The notes under the pieces were generated by a model that did not search any database, was not told where the DNA came from, and saw only the letters and a program-made list of their open reading frames with translations. This document shows, piece by piece, positions 44,206-53,542 of a DNA stretch of 64,000 nt (position 1 is the stretch's first letter; each line of letters starts with the position of its first letter). This DNA is from a virus. Its lineage: Duplodnaviria > Caudoviricetes. Made by a program: the position numbers and the translations under genes. The stretch covers positions 24,189-88,188 of IMG/VR virus record IMGVR_UViG_3300037067_002168; one strand, written 5' to 3'.

Positions 44206-47121
44206 ATGCCTTACCTAGACAACGTAAAGCGGTTGATCGATTTGACCTCGGAAGCGCTGCTTCTCAAACGTCAGCAGTTGGTCAGCCGTGCGCGTCGATT
44301 GGCTATCCATCGTCTACACGCCAAGCAGGCGTTGGCTACTCAGGAGGACATAAAGAATGCCTTGATCCCAGTATTCAAGAGCCAAGTCAAGGAGATGATT
44401 AGACAGCTCAATAAAGTAAAATCGACCAAGTCAGTAAAGCAAAAACTGCTACTCAACCAAGACAAGGCAACCCAACAACTCATTGATCGGCTGCTTCCTG
44501 TCTTGGCAGTGCGTATGGCCGAGGCAGCGAGGAACCAGCTGATCCAGTTGGGAGTTACCGTCAGTCAAACAAAAAGATTCAATCCGCAGCAGGCAAGAGA
44601 CGACTATGGCAGATTTGGAACAGGCAGTGGTAGTCTAAGTATAGCAAAACTATCTAAAGCAAAACAGGCAGTACAAGATTATACTGAGGACCATTTTCAG
44701 CGAATTAACGAGGGATTACGCAACGGTACGATTGATGATTCTGATAGAATCGTTAATGGGGTTGACGCGTATCTAGCTTCTCAACCGCTGAGAATCGGAG
44801 TGACTATTAGGTCATTTACAGCAACGCAAGATAGGTTTGAATCTATTTTAAGCCAGATTCGTAATGGTGAAATAACGGACAAGGCATATACATCTACAAG
44901 AATATCGCCTACAATTTCAGAACGGATGGCATTTAAGCAGAAAGATGCGCCTACTGGCTATGTAGTTTTACGAATAAATGGAAAAACCGGCGTTGATATT
45001 TCATCCCTATCAAAAAATCCAGCCGAAGGTGAAGTGCTGTTTCCGCGTAACACGCGATTCAGAGTTGACAAGTTTATTGAGACTAAGGGCGGCGGGTTAC
45101 TGGCAGAACTCACCGAGATTACCGATCTAAAAAAACGATTCAGTCTAATACAAACAAAAGAATCTACAGCTACGCGATGGTTGGAAGACAATCGGGCAGA
45201 CTTAACCGATCTATTAGACGACGCTAGCTTGTGGATCGACGGTGACTTGCCTTATCAGATACTGACGGAACTACCTCCGTCGATGAAGCGGAGGATCGTC
45301 CAGGAGCTGCGTACGTCGTTCAGCCAGGACTACTGGCAGGACATCGCTAAGACGACGATGGGAGACGCCAATCGAATCCTGGAGGATGGGCTGAAAAACG
45401 GTCTGTCGATTCGGGAGATGGCCGATCGGATGCAAGAATCGCTGGGTGGCGACGACTATGCCATGCGGAGAGCCACCAACATCGCTCGCACGGAGTCGGG
45501 CAACGCACTGAATGGTGCGCGTAAGATGGTGGCAGACGACCTACGAGAGTTCTTGCCGCCGGAGGTGTCGTCAGCAATCCAGACTCAATGGCTCAGCGTA
45601 CTCGGTACGACGACGCGGCTTACCCACGCTGCCCTAGATGGAGTACCTGCTGACAGAGATGGGCTATGGAACCTATCAGGCTATCGAATCCCCTGGCCAG
45701 GACACTACAGTTTACCGCCGGAGGAACGATGCGAGTGTCAGTGTTCCTTGATACAGGTATTTGGATTACAAAACACCGATTCACAACAACTGCTGCAAGA
45801 CTACTACGCTCGTCAGTATACTGAAGAAACATCTACTGGCAATCTACAAACTAAGTACTCTCCAGATCAACCCCGCGACAGTGACGGTAGGTTTGGTGTG
45901 GGTAGCAACATCCACTTATCGCCAGACACGGGGGGAGGGACTGGCGGTAGAGAAACAGAAAGTAATGATGGCTGTTCGAGACTAACTGGAAATCTTACCC
46001 CAACTCTACCCGACTCTATAATTGCTAAACAAGCGCAGTTATTTGGATTGAAGAGGGCGTTTGCAGCGTCCGAAATAGAAGAAAGTCAGATGGGTCTACC
46101 ACTGACAGACAGACTAAGGGCGGTTCAGTTAGTACTAAATGGCGATGTTCCTCCAATACAGCTAACAAAACAAGCGTATCAGATTCCTGAAATGCTGGGT
46201 ATAGGGGATTATGATCAATCCAGAAGTATTTTAGATAAAATGACTTCTGAAGAAGTTTACGAGTTAGTCGATAAGCGCGGATTTATCAAACATGATGGGG
46301 AAGGAAAGGGGAAGGGAGATTGGCCAGTACGACTTGAAAACTTACCAAAAGAAATGTCTGATGCACAGAAAGATGAATTGATTGGTATTCTTCCAAAAAT
46401 GATCAAGGATTACGACGGAGTAAAACTCGAATCATTTTTTATAAACTACAAACATACCGATTTTACGGTTGAGCAATTGACGCGGTTGTCTGACGGGCTT
46501 GAAAAAATAAATAGCGGGAAGCCATTAAAAACTCGGATAGATAGCGAGTCAGGAAAAAAAGAGTTAGATTTTCGTTCTTCTGTAGATAGGCATAGAGTAA
46601 GGCTATGGGGTTACACGCAGAATTACGAGTCATTTCGATCTGGCCTAGCAGAAGATTGGGCGATAATTGGTGGCTCTTCTGCGCAGCAAATAATGCGAAG
46701 TCTTGCTTCTAACTTAGATCAGAATAGATTAAAAAATCTGTGGTCTGATTCAGGGGAGAAAACACCATTTAATCCAGATAGGGGTTTAGTCAATTGCAAG
46801 AAACTACAAGAAGAGACTCAGCAGTTTTATAAGAAGAAATTGGCTAAGAAAGAAGAAATCACTGTGTATCGGGGGATTGGTAAATTAGCAGGTTCGTATA
46901 TTCCTGGTTCTGTCGAATCTTGGACAACCCAGAAGTCAACAACGAGTAGTTTTAGTGGAAAGGATGGTAAGGTAATTACGGCAAAAGTATCTTACAGTTG
47001 TATTTTATTTTCCTGGGAGTCATTTAAGGACAATCCTGGATGGCCAGCAGAGAAACATTTAAGGGGAAAAAAGGAGTTCGCTGTTTTAGGTGGCGCATTA
47101 AACAATCTGGCAGTAGACTAA
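44206..47121 (+). CDS. MuF/SPP1 gp7-like head morphogenesis protein carrying two ADP-ribosyltransferase-like domains
   Basis: MuF core RATNIARTES..QWLSVLGTTTRLTHAALDG..IPWPG..ERCECQC; ART1 Y..INEGLR..YTST..EGEVLFPR; ART2-like VYRG..SWT..KEFAV. Confidence 0.88.
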   Translation: MPYLDNVKRLIDLTSEALLLKRQQLVSRARRLAIHRLHAKQALATQEDIKNALIPVFKSQVKEMIRQLNKVKSTKSVKQKLLLNQDKATQQLIDRLLPVLAVRMAEAARNQLIQLGVTVSQTKRFNPQQARDDYGRFGTGSGSLSIAKLSKAKQAVQDYTEDHFQRINEGLRNGTIDDSDRIVNGVDAYLASQPLRIGVTIRSFTATQDRFESILSQIRNGEITDKAYTSTRISPTISERMAFKQKDAPTGYVVLRINGKTGVDISSLSKNPAEGEVLFPRNTRFRVDKFIETKGGGLLAELTEITDLKKRFSLIQTKESTATRWLEDNRADLTDLLDDASLWIDGDLPYQILTELPPSMKRRIVQELRTSFSQDYWQDIAKTTMGDANRILEDGLKNGLSIREMADRMQESLGGDDYAMRRATNIARTESGNALNGARKMVADDLREFLPPEVSSAIQTQWLSVLGTTTRLTHAALDGVPADRDGLWNLSGYRIPWPGHYSLPPEERCECQCSLIQVFGLQNTDSQQLLQDYYARQYTEETSTGNLQTKYSPDQPRDSDGRFGVGSNIHLSPDTGGGTGGRETESNDGCSRLTGNLTPTLPDSIIAKQAQLFGLKRAFAASEIEESQMGLPLTDRLRAVQLVLNGDVPPIQLTKQAYQIPEMLGIGDYDQSRSILDKMTSEEVYELVDKRGFIKHDGEGKGKGDWPVRLENLPKEMSDAQKDELIGILPKMIKDYDGVKLESFFINYKHTDFTVEQLTRLSDGLEKINSGKPLKTRIDSESGKKELDFRSSVDRHRVRLWGYTQNYESFRSGLAEDWAIIGGSSAQQIMRSLASNLDQNRLKNLWSDSGEKTPFNPDRGLVNCKKLQEETQQFYKKKLAKKEEITVYRGIGKLAGSYIPGSVESWTTQKSTTSSFSGKDGKVITAKVSYSCILFSWESFKDNPGWPAEKHLRGKKEFAVLGGALNNLAVD

Positions 47122-47144
47122 GGGATAATGTGAAGAGATAGAAA

Positions 47145-47381
47145 ATGACAAAACCAATTTTCATTGAAGTAAATCCAACTCAGAATCAGTTAATAGATGC
47201 CGAAGAGCAGTATAAAAAGTGGTCTACACTATTTCATAACGAGAAAAGCCAAACGTCTAGTATGACCACCAGTACAAAGAATAGAACGGAGAACGACAAT
47301 GAGCAATGTAAATCACCGGCAATTCACCGAGGTACTATTACCAAGCAACCCAGACGAGATATGCCTAGCAGAGAAGGTTGA
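47145..47381 (+). CDS. small hypothetical protein
   Basis: ORF directly after MuF; overlaps the next ORF by 83 nt. Confidence 0.35.
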   Translation: MTKPIFIEVNPTQNQLIDAEEQYKKWSTLFHNEKSQTSSMTTSTKNRTENDNEQCKSPAIHRGTITKQPRRDMPSREG

Positions 47382-47622
47382 GGAGAACTACCTAGAACTG
47401 TCGGCGGCTTATCAGCGCATTAGAGGCGAGATACTAGTATTCCCTCGGTACATCGACAGAGACGTGATGCGCTGGCGTCAGATGCGGGTGCGACACAAGT
47501 CAGGCGACTATCGGCATACCGAGTCTGAGCTGAAGGCGGTCAAAGCTGTAGCGCAGTGGACCGTGGACGTCAATATGGTGATACGAAATCAAAAACAGGT
47601 CGTAGTTACCTGGAAGGATTGA
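47299..47622 (+). CDS. hypothetical protein
   Basis: RBS GGAG. Confidence 0.65.
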   Translation: MSNVNHRQFTEVLLPSNPDEICLAEKVEENYLELSAAYQRIRGEILVFPRYIDRDVMRWRQMRVRHKSGDYRHTESELKAVKAVAQWTVDVNMVIRNQKQVVVTWKD

Positions 47623-47625
47623 ACC

Positions 47626-47808
47626 ATGTCTATTTGGTCTATCTGTTTTTGGGTGGTATCGAGTCTAACCCTATTCACGCTGGGATTTTTCTCTGGTGCT
47701 ATGTTTGGACTTTCTTCAGAGAGATCACGACAGGAATGGCGAGATAACCAACGCCGTAAGTGGATACAATCCCTGGTCGATTATGGCCGACAAACTAGAA
47801 ACAACTGA
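47626..47808 (+). CDS. small membrane protein
   Basis: N-terminal hydrophobic helix and basic tail. Confidence 0.55.
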   Translation: MSIWSICFWVVSSLTLFTLGFFSGAMFGLSSERSRQEWRDNQRRKWIQSLVDYGRQTRNN

Positions 47809-47814
47809 AGTATT

Positions 47815-48042
47815 ATGGCTGTGAAACAGAGACTCGCTGACGTTCAATGCCACCGGTTAAAGATGGAACCAGGAGATCGAGTCATCGTCAAGAGCTTCCA
47901 TCGGTTGGACCCAGAGCAGCAGAAGAAGATACGCCAGTCGATTCAACGGTGGGCGGGCGTTGAAGTTGAAGTGCTGATCTATAGTACGCAAGATATGGAA
48001 CTAACAATCGAGAAACAAGAGGATTGGAGACTGCTACTGTGA
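47815..48042 (+). CDS. hypothetical protein
   Basis: 75 aa, in operon. Confidence 0.6.
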   Translation: MAVKQRLADVQCHRLKMEPGDRVIVKSFHRLDPEQQKKIRQSIQRWAGVEVEVLIYSTQDMELTIEKQEDWRLLL

Positions 48043-48287
48043 GTAACCATAAAGAGAACGGGTATCGAGAAGCGTTAAAAGACGACGTTTCTTTAGCGTT
48101 ATTTCTTCGGCGTATGGGTGACTTTGACCGCGCCTTCTGCAAAGCCATGAATGAGGGATTGGATTACACTCTGAAGATTGAAGTGCATGGTAACAGCGGA
48201 AGATTGATTCATTGCCGCGTATCTGACGATAGTTTTGATAGACCCGGGGTCATGCAGTTACCTAGCTGTAAACTGCCCAAAGATTGA
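48039..48287 (+). CDS. hypothetical protein
   Basis: GTGA-coupled start. Confidence 0.55.
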   Translation: MSNHKENGYREALKDDVSLALFLRRMGDFDRAFCKAMNEGLDYTLKIEVHGNSGRLIHCRVSDDSFDRPGVMQLPSCKLPKD

Positions 48288-48418
48288 TACGATAAACCCC
48301 TAGAGTAATTACATAACTCCCTAAAGATTTTACAACCCAATTACCTAACCCAATCTGTATCCTATAGACTATAGTGTATCCGAGCGGTTAATCGGAAGTT
48401 ATCTAGGCGTCGGACAAG

Positions 48419-48481
48419 AGCTGCGATACTTCTCAGTCAGTTGGTGGTCGACTGATTTTGAGTTAGTATTGCAGCTTTTTT
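48419..48481 (+). terminator. long hairpin with T-tract in the leader of the head operon
   Basis: AGCTGCGATACT / AGTATTGCAGCT outer stem, inner CTCA/TGAG and CAGTC/GACTG, then a T-run. Confidence 0.6.
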
Positions 48482-48494
48482 ATTGGAGTAAGAC

Positions 48495-49262
48495 ATGTCC
48501 AAGAACGTCGTGTTCGGTTTGGGTCAAGCGGTAGGATTGGCTTCGCGCCTGTTGACCATCACTCGTATGATGCGAGCAGGTGACGATACAGAACCGTCTG
48601 CGACTGTATCTGACACGTTGGCTGGTACGGCCGAATCATCTACCCAATCACTATCTGACAACGTCATCTATCAGGCCAAACTAGTAGATACTAAGAGTAC
48701 TGGTGAGGTTAGCACGCCAGCCATCCTTAATTTCCACACTGGATCGTTGCAGTTTCCTGGCCCTCGGTCAGAAGATCGACTCTGCATCCTGTCGATGGAG
48801 GATGAGTCGAGTTCTAGCTCTAGCACCAGTTCTAGCCTGAGTTCTAGCTCGTCGAGTAGCCTGAGCTCCAGTTCTGCCAGCAGCGTGAGCAGCATCAGTT
48901 CTGCTAGTAGCTCATCCAGTTCAACAAGTTCTACCAGTTCTGTCAGTTCCGAGAGTTCGTCTAGCTCCAGTTCTGCCAGCTCTGAGAGTTCTAGCTCTGA
49001 GAGCAGTGTGAGCAGTGTGTCGAGCCAGAGCACGAGCAGCTCTAGCAGTTCTAGTTCCTCTAGCATCTCAACCAGTTCCGAGAGTTCGTCCAGCTCCAGC
49101 GCCTCTAGCAACAGTTCGTCCAGTTCTGTGTCTAGCAGCAGTTGGAGCAGTAACAGTTCTAGCAACTCAAGTTCCAGCAGCTCTAGTAGTTCCAGCATCT
49201 CGACCAGTTCCAATAGTTCTAGCTCCAGCAGTGCCAGTTCTAGCAGCTGGAGCAGCCCGTAA
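48495..49262 (+). CDS. poly-serine protein 1 (104-aa domain + 151-aa Ser tract)
   Basis: RBS GGAG; tract 48807-49259 uses mixed Ser codons with no stop. Confidence 0.8.
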   Translation: MSKNVVFGLGQAVGLASRLLTITRMMRAGDDTEPSATVSDTLAGTAESSTQSLSDNVIYQAKLVDTKSTGEVSTPAILNFHTGSLQFPGPRSEDRLCILSMEDESSSSSSTSSSLSSSSSSSLSSSSASSVSSISSASSSSSSTSSTSSVSSESSSSSSSASSESSSSESSVSSVSSQSTSSSSSSSSSSISTSSESSSSSSASSNSSSSSVSSSSWSSNSSSNSSSSSSSSSSISTSSNSSSSSSASSSSWSSP

Positions 49263-49313
49263 GCGGTTGGTTTAGGGCGATTATCAATTAAAGTTTAAGC
49301 AGGAGTTGATCGA

Positions 49314-49604
49314 ATGTCTATCCAGAAAGAGTTGCCGGCGAATCAGTTGAACAACTTTGTTCGTATGCTGTTTCGCGCCGATACAGAGCGAGTCATGGTG
49401 CTAAGGAATGCTACGTTCCTCGCTCTACGGCGGTTGGGCGTCAAGCGAGATCAGTCGAAGGCGGTCAGCAAGATACCTGACGGGACTGACCAGATCGACC
49501 TTGGATCGGCCATTACGTGGATGGACGGTATTGTTCCCGAAGATACTGTTGCTGTATCTCAGATTGTCGTTTTGGACGCCACGGCTGTATTCCGTACTTC
49601 TTAG
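49314..49604 (+). CDS. hypothetical protein
   Basis: RBS AGGAG. Confidence 0.65.
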   Translation: MSIQKELPANQLNNFVRMLFRADTERVMVLRNATFLALRRLGVKRDQSKAVSKIPDGTDQIDLGSAITWMDGIVPEDTVAVSQIVVLDATAVFRTS

Positions 49605-49612
49605 GAGTCATA

Positions 49613-51718
49613 ATGGATCAGTTGCTTAGATCGATTCAGCAGCGAAGTCAGAAGCAGACGGAGTTCGCTTACGGTATATTGACTGCAGATAAATACGTCG
49701 CCACTCTGGGCGAGTACGTTGGTCCAGAGGGTTGCCGCCGTATCACAGGTAACAGCCGTACTGGGTTCCACGACCTGCTACGTAAGGCGTCCAACACGCT
49801 TGTCTACAGTAACCCAGAGATGCTGATGGAGCAGATCACTGGCGACAAGCGAATGGCAGGTTTCAAACTGAAGATGGAGCTACCGAAGAACACGCTGATG
49901 TCTTTCCGTCACGTGCTTACCTCCTCGATGGAGGATCGTGACGGCGATACGCTACATAGCGACGGCGCTACGATCGATCCCAAGATGCTGCTGCTCTGGC
50001 AGCACGTTCATACCCAGCCGATCGGCAAATACCTAGTCACGATTGACCAGAGCACTAAGCGGTTGGTTGTTGAATCTTGCATCGTGGATGTCAATAAACT
50101 GTGTCACGACGCAGCCGTGATGGTTGACAACGACATGGGCCGATTCAGTCATGGATTCCGCGCCTTGGAGTTTACGGAGACGAAGGCCCGTGATCCAGGT
50201 CGTCAGCATGGTTTTGACGTGACGAAGTTTGAGATCATGGAAGAGTCGTTGGTCAGCGTGCCAGCTAACATTGACGCGCGGACGGAGGAAGTCATCCTGT
50301 CGCTAGTTGAAGGTCACAAGCTGACCAGCCCGCTGATGAAGTGCGTTGGCCGCGGCATTCGCGATCGTCGTAACGTGTCGGTGCCCGGCATCAGTATCAA
50401 GTACCGCGAGACGAAGGGCGACGAGACGAAAGAGTTAGAGTGTCATTCGCTGTCTGACCTAAAGACGGCCGCTGAGTCAGGTTTAATTGGAGGTATCAAA
50501 GATGAGAACGAGTCAAGAGATCGAGCAGAAGCGGGAGCAGGAGCAGAAGTCAAGTCCAGTACACCAGAAGAAGCCGATGTCGATCCAAACCAAATCGACG
50601 ATAAAAAGGCAAGTGCCGACGAGGAAGTGACCTGCCCTGATTGCGACTGGTCTGGTCCGATGCCCAAAGACGGTAAGTGTCCCGAATGCGGTGCCAGCAT
50701 CGTGATCGAGAAAAAGCCAGTCAACGATCAGAAGATGGTTGGTAATGGATCGTTCGCAGGTTCTTGGGAAGACACGCGAGACAAGCTCGCGGTGACTGCC
50801 AAGACCTATCTGCAGAGCAAGGGACTACCGACACCGGGAGACAATGACGGATGCGTCAGCATCGATGCAATGTTTGACGACTACGCCGTGGTGTCTGCCT
50901 ACTGGTGGAACATTTCTACCAACAACGCTCTCTACGAGATCGACTGGGAAGAGGCAGACGGTACTCCGGTGTGGTCTGGCGATCCTCGAAAGGTCGATCG
51001 AGTCATTACGTTGGAGCAAGTTGAAAAATCTAAATCATTCAACGATCAGAAGCTAGGTCGAGTGCTCAGTAAGTCGAATGAGCAGCATATCAAGGACGCG
51101 ATGGACTGCCATAAGGAAGTATTCAGTTTGGGTAGCGACCATGCTAGCCGAAGTTGTCGAGCATTGATCAAAGAGGCACACGGTCATCTTGATACCGTTG
51201 TCAAGTCGATCGGCGAGATGCCACCTGAGGAGACTGACGCAGGGCAGATTACCGTCAAGGACGCGATGGCCACTTTCATCGTCTGCGCTACGCCGGAGCA
51301 GCGGAAGCAGATGGTTGATACCCTAAAAGCAATTGATCAAGTTACTATCCAAGACAAAACAGTCGCCGATTATCTTAATCTGAAGGGAGAAGGCCCAGGT
51401 CATCCATTCCGTGGTAATCAGTTTAGCGGCGGTAGGCAGGCTAGCAAAGATTCAAATAAGGCTAAGAAAGCGTCAACCGTGGCTAACGCGGCAACGGCAA
51501 AAGCTAATAAAGACCCGTCAAGACAAAATCACCAGCAAGCGGCTTTTTTACATCGAGAGGCTAAGAGATCTCACGAACGTGCAGACGATTCAAATGAGCG
51601 CATAGGTAATTATCAAGAAGCTAAGGCCCATCAAGCTGCCGCTGAACAGCATGGTAAGCAACTAAAGATTCACGAAGACGCAGCGAACCGATTATCAGGA
51701 AGTAGCTTTTTTGAATGA
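49613..51718 (+). CDS. prohead maturation protease (HK97-type) with long C-terminal extension
   Basis: DRDGD, LLWQH..PIGK, FSHGF, EIMEESLVSVPAN; CPDC..CPECG; KLGRVLSKSN. Confidence 0.9.
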   Translation: MDQLLRSIQQRSQKQTEFAYGILTADKYVATLGEYVGPEGCRRITGNSRTGFHDLLRKASNTLVYSNPEMLMEQITGDKRMAGFKLKMELPKNTLMSFRHVLTSSMEDRDGDTLHSDGATIDPKMLLLWQHVHTQPIGKYLVTIDQSTKRLVVESCIVDVNKLCHDAAVMVDNDMGRFSHGFRALEFTETKARDPGRQHGFDVTKFEIMEESLVSVPANIDARTEEVILSLVEGHKLTSPLMKCVGRGIRDRRNVSVPGISIKYRETKGDETKELECHSLSDLKTAAESGLIGGIKDENESRDRAEAGAGAEVKSSTPEEADVDPNQIDDKKASADEEVTCPDCDWSGPMPKDGKCPECGASIVIEKKPVNDQKMVGNGSFAGSWEDTRDKLAVTAKTYLQSKGLPTPGDNDGCVSIDAMFDDYAVVSAYWWNISTNNALYEIDWEEADGTPVWSGDPRKVDRVITLEQVEKSKSFNDQKLGRVLSKSNEQHIKDAMDCHKEVFSLGSDHASRSCRALIKEAHGHLDTVVKSIGEMPPEETDAGQITVKDAMATFIVCATPEQRKQMVDTLKAIDQVTIQDKTVADYLNLKGEGPGHPFRGNQFSGGRQASKDSNKAKKASTVANAATAKANKDPSRQNHQQAAFLHREAKRSHERADDSNERIGNYQEAKAHQAAAEQHGKQLKIHEDAANRLSGSSFFE

Positions 51719-51798
51719 TCTGATAAAACAAAATAAGACGCATCACGGCGGTCGTGGTGGTCTAGTGTTGGATGTGTTCCGTTTATAAAGGTGATCTG

Positions 51799-53430
51799 AT
51801 GATCAAACTTACGGAAATGCTGAAGAAAGAACTCACGGAAGTTCTTGGCTTTGAGGCCAAGACTGACGAAGAGTTCACGAAGGCCGCCGGTGAGGCGTTT
51901 GCGACTGGCAAACTGTCGGCGGAACGGTATCTGGAGTTGTGTAAGGATGCTCAGACTGACGAGGCGAACGTGTTCGACAAAAAGTTGAACCAGATCGCCG
52001 ACTCGCTTGGTAAGTTGGCTGACTGTTTGACGAAGCAGGCGACTGCTGAAGTCAAAGAAGTCAAGACTGAAGTTGTAAAACTTGATGGCGAGAAGAAGAC
52101 CGAAGTTGCCGGCGAAAAAGCAGTCAGTAACCTGTCTCGCTTGGTAACGGCTATTGGAATAGCCGTCGGCGAGACCAAGGATGTCGAAGTTCGCGTCAAG
52201 GAGGCCGTGGAGTGCTACGACAGTTCCACGAAGGCTGCCGTCTATCCGATGATGACGAAGGCTGGTAAACAGCATTCGATGGCTGGACGGCCGATGATGA
52301 GCTTTACGGAGCAGGGTCGGGCGATCGACGAGCCCAGCCAGCGAAGCAAGGCAGTCGCCGGTGCCTGGGCCAAGTTTTTATGCGCTACGGCGTGGAAGGG
52401 TGGAAGCCGCACCTTTGGCTTCCAGTCGCTGAGCGACCATGATAAGTCGCTGATCTACCACGCGCTGGAGAACATGGAATGGTCCGGCGCATCGGACGGT
52501 GGAAATGAGGCCGACATCAAGCGGCGTCGATTGCTTCCGCACGAGCAGAAAGCCCTGATCGACGACTCGACCAGCGGCGGTCTGGAAGCCGCCCCAATCG
52601 TGTTCGATGATCAGGTTATCATGGCTCCTTTGCTCTATGGCGAGTTGTTCCCGTTGGTCACGACTCGACCGTTGACTCGTGGTCGCCGGGTGGAAGGCAT
52701 CTCGGTAGGCCAAGTCGCGGGCGGCTGGGGTGGTGTGGACGACACGGCCGTCACGCTGTTCAACACGGCGAGCTACGTCAGTGCGTTCAACACGACGATC
52801 TATCGTTGGGAAGGTGCAATCCGAATCGGGTTGGACTTCCTCAGCGACACGCCGATTGACTTCGGCCAGATCGTGACTCAACAGTACGGTGAAGCGTTGC
52901 TCAACGACTTGGACGATGCCATCGCCACGGGCAACGGCACGACCGGGCCGGAAGGCGTGATGACTAAGTCGGGCACGACCAGCGTCGCCTGGGGTGGGGC
53001 AACGTCAATCGGCAACTACGAGTCGATGTTGACTGGTATCGCCAAGGCTGAACTGCGACCGAACGTGATGTCCAGTGTGGTATTCGGCGGTACTCAGACC
53101 AGTTACTACCGAGCCAAGGCGATTCCGATCGGTGCTACCGATAATCGCCGGCTGTTCGGTGAAGGCGGTATGGGTACACAGGGCTACCAGAACTGGAGCC
53201 TGATGGGTTATCCCTTCAAGATCAACACCAGCATGGCAAATACGCAGGTGTTCTTCGCCATATTGGCCAAGTACCGTATGTATTTGCGAGAAGGGTTGAC
53301 CATTCGCACTTCCAAGGAAGGCGACACGCTGTTAAGAAGCAACGAGTTGCTCATGGTCGCAATGGCCCGCTACGGTGGACAGTTGGAACGAGGCGCTTGC
53401 GCCACGGTAACTAGCACGGCTCCTGTGTAA
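51799..53430 (+). CDS. major capsid protein (HK97 fold, long N-terminal scaffold domain)
   Basis: KALIDDSTSGGLEAAP, DDAIATGNGTTGPEGV, LMGYPFKIN, AMARYGG. Confidence 0.9.
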   Translation: MIKLTEMLKKELTEVLGFEAKTDEEFTKAAGEAFATGKLSAERYLELCKDAQTDEANVFDKKLNQIADSLGKLADCLTKQATAEVKEVKTEVVKLDGEKKTEVAGEKAVSNLSRLVTAIGIAVGETKDVEVRVKEAVECYDSSTKAAVYPMMTKAGKQHSMAGRPMMSFTEQGRAIDEPSQRSKAVAGAWAKFLCATAWKGGSRTFGFQSLSDHDKSLIYHALENMEWSGASDGGNEADIKRRRLLPHEQKALIDDSTSGGLEAAPIVFDDQVIMAPLLYGELFPLVTTRPLTRGRRVEGISVGQVAGGWGGVDDTAVTLFNTASYVSAFNTTIYRWEGAIRIGLDFLSDTPIDFGQIVTQQYGEALLNDLDDAIATGNGTTGPEGVMTKSGTTSVAWGGATSIGNYESMLTGIAKAELRPNVMSSVVFGGTQTSYYRAKAIPIGATDNRRLFGEGGMGTQGYQNWSLMGYPFKINTSMANTQVFFAILAKYRMYLREGLTIRTSKEGDTLLRSNELLMVAMARYGGQLERGACATVTSTAPV

Positions 53431-53455
53431 TCGCGCCTGGGGTGGTGTGTGAAAG

Positions 53456-53498
53456 CCCCAGCGCCGGTTCCCGTTCTCCCGGCGCTGGGGTACTTTTA
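53456..53498 (+). terminator. intrinsic terminator after the capsid gene
   Basis: Perfect 12-bp stem CCCCAGCGCCGG / CCGGCGCTGGGG followed by TACTTTT. Confidence 0.75.
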
Positions 53499-53542
53499 AT
53501 CAAGAACGGACGTAACCCCAAACTCAAAAAGAGAGAACGAAC

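Noticed and set aside
48671-49213. Minus-strand Leu/Glu-rich ORF (also 55759-56049)
   Set aside because: Antisense shadow of the Ser codons (AGTTCTAGC reads as L-E-L); no RBS, and against operon direction
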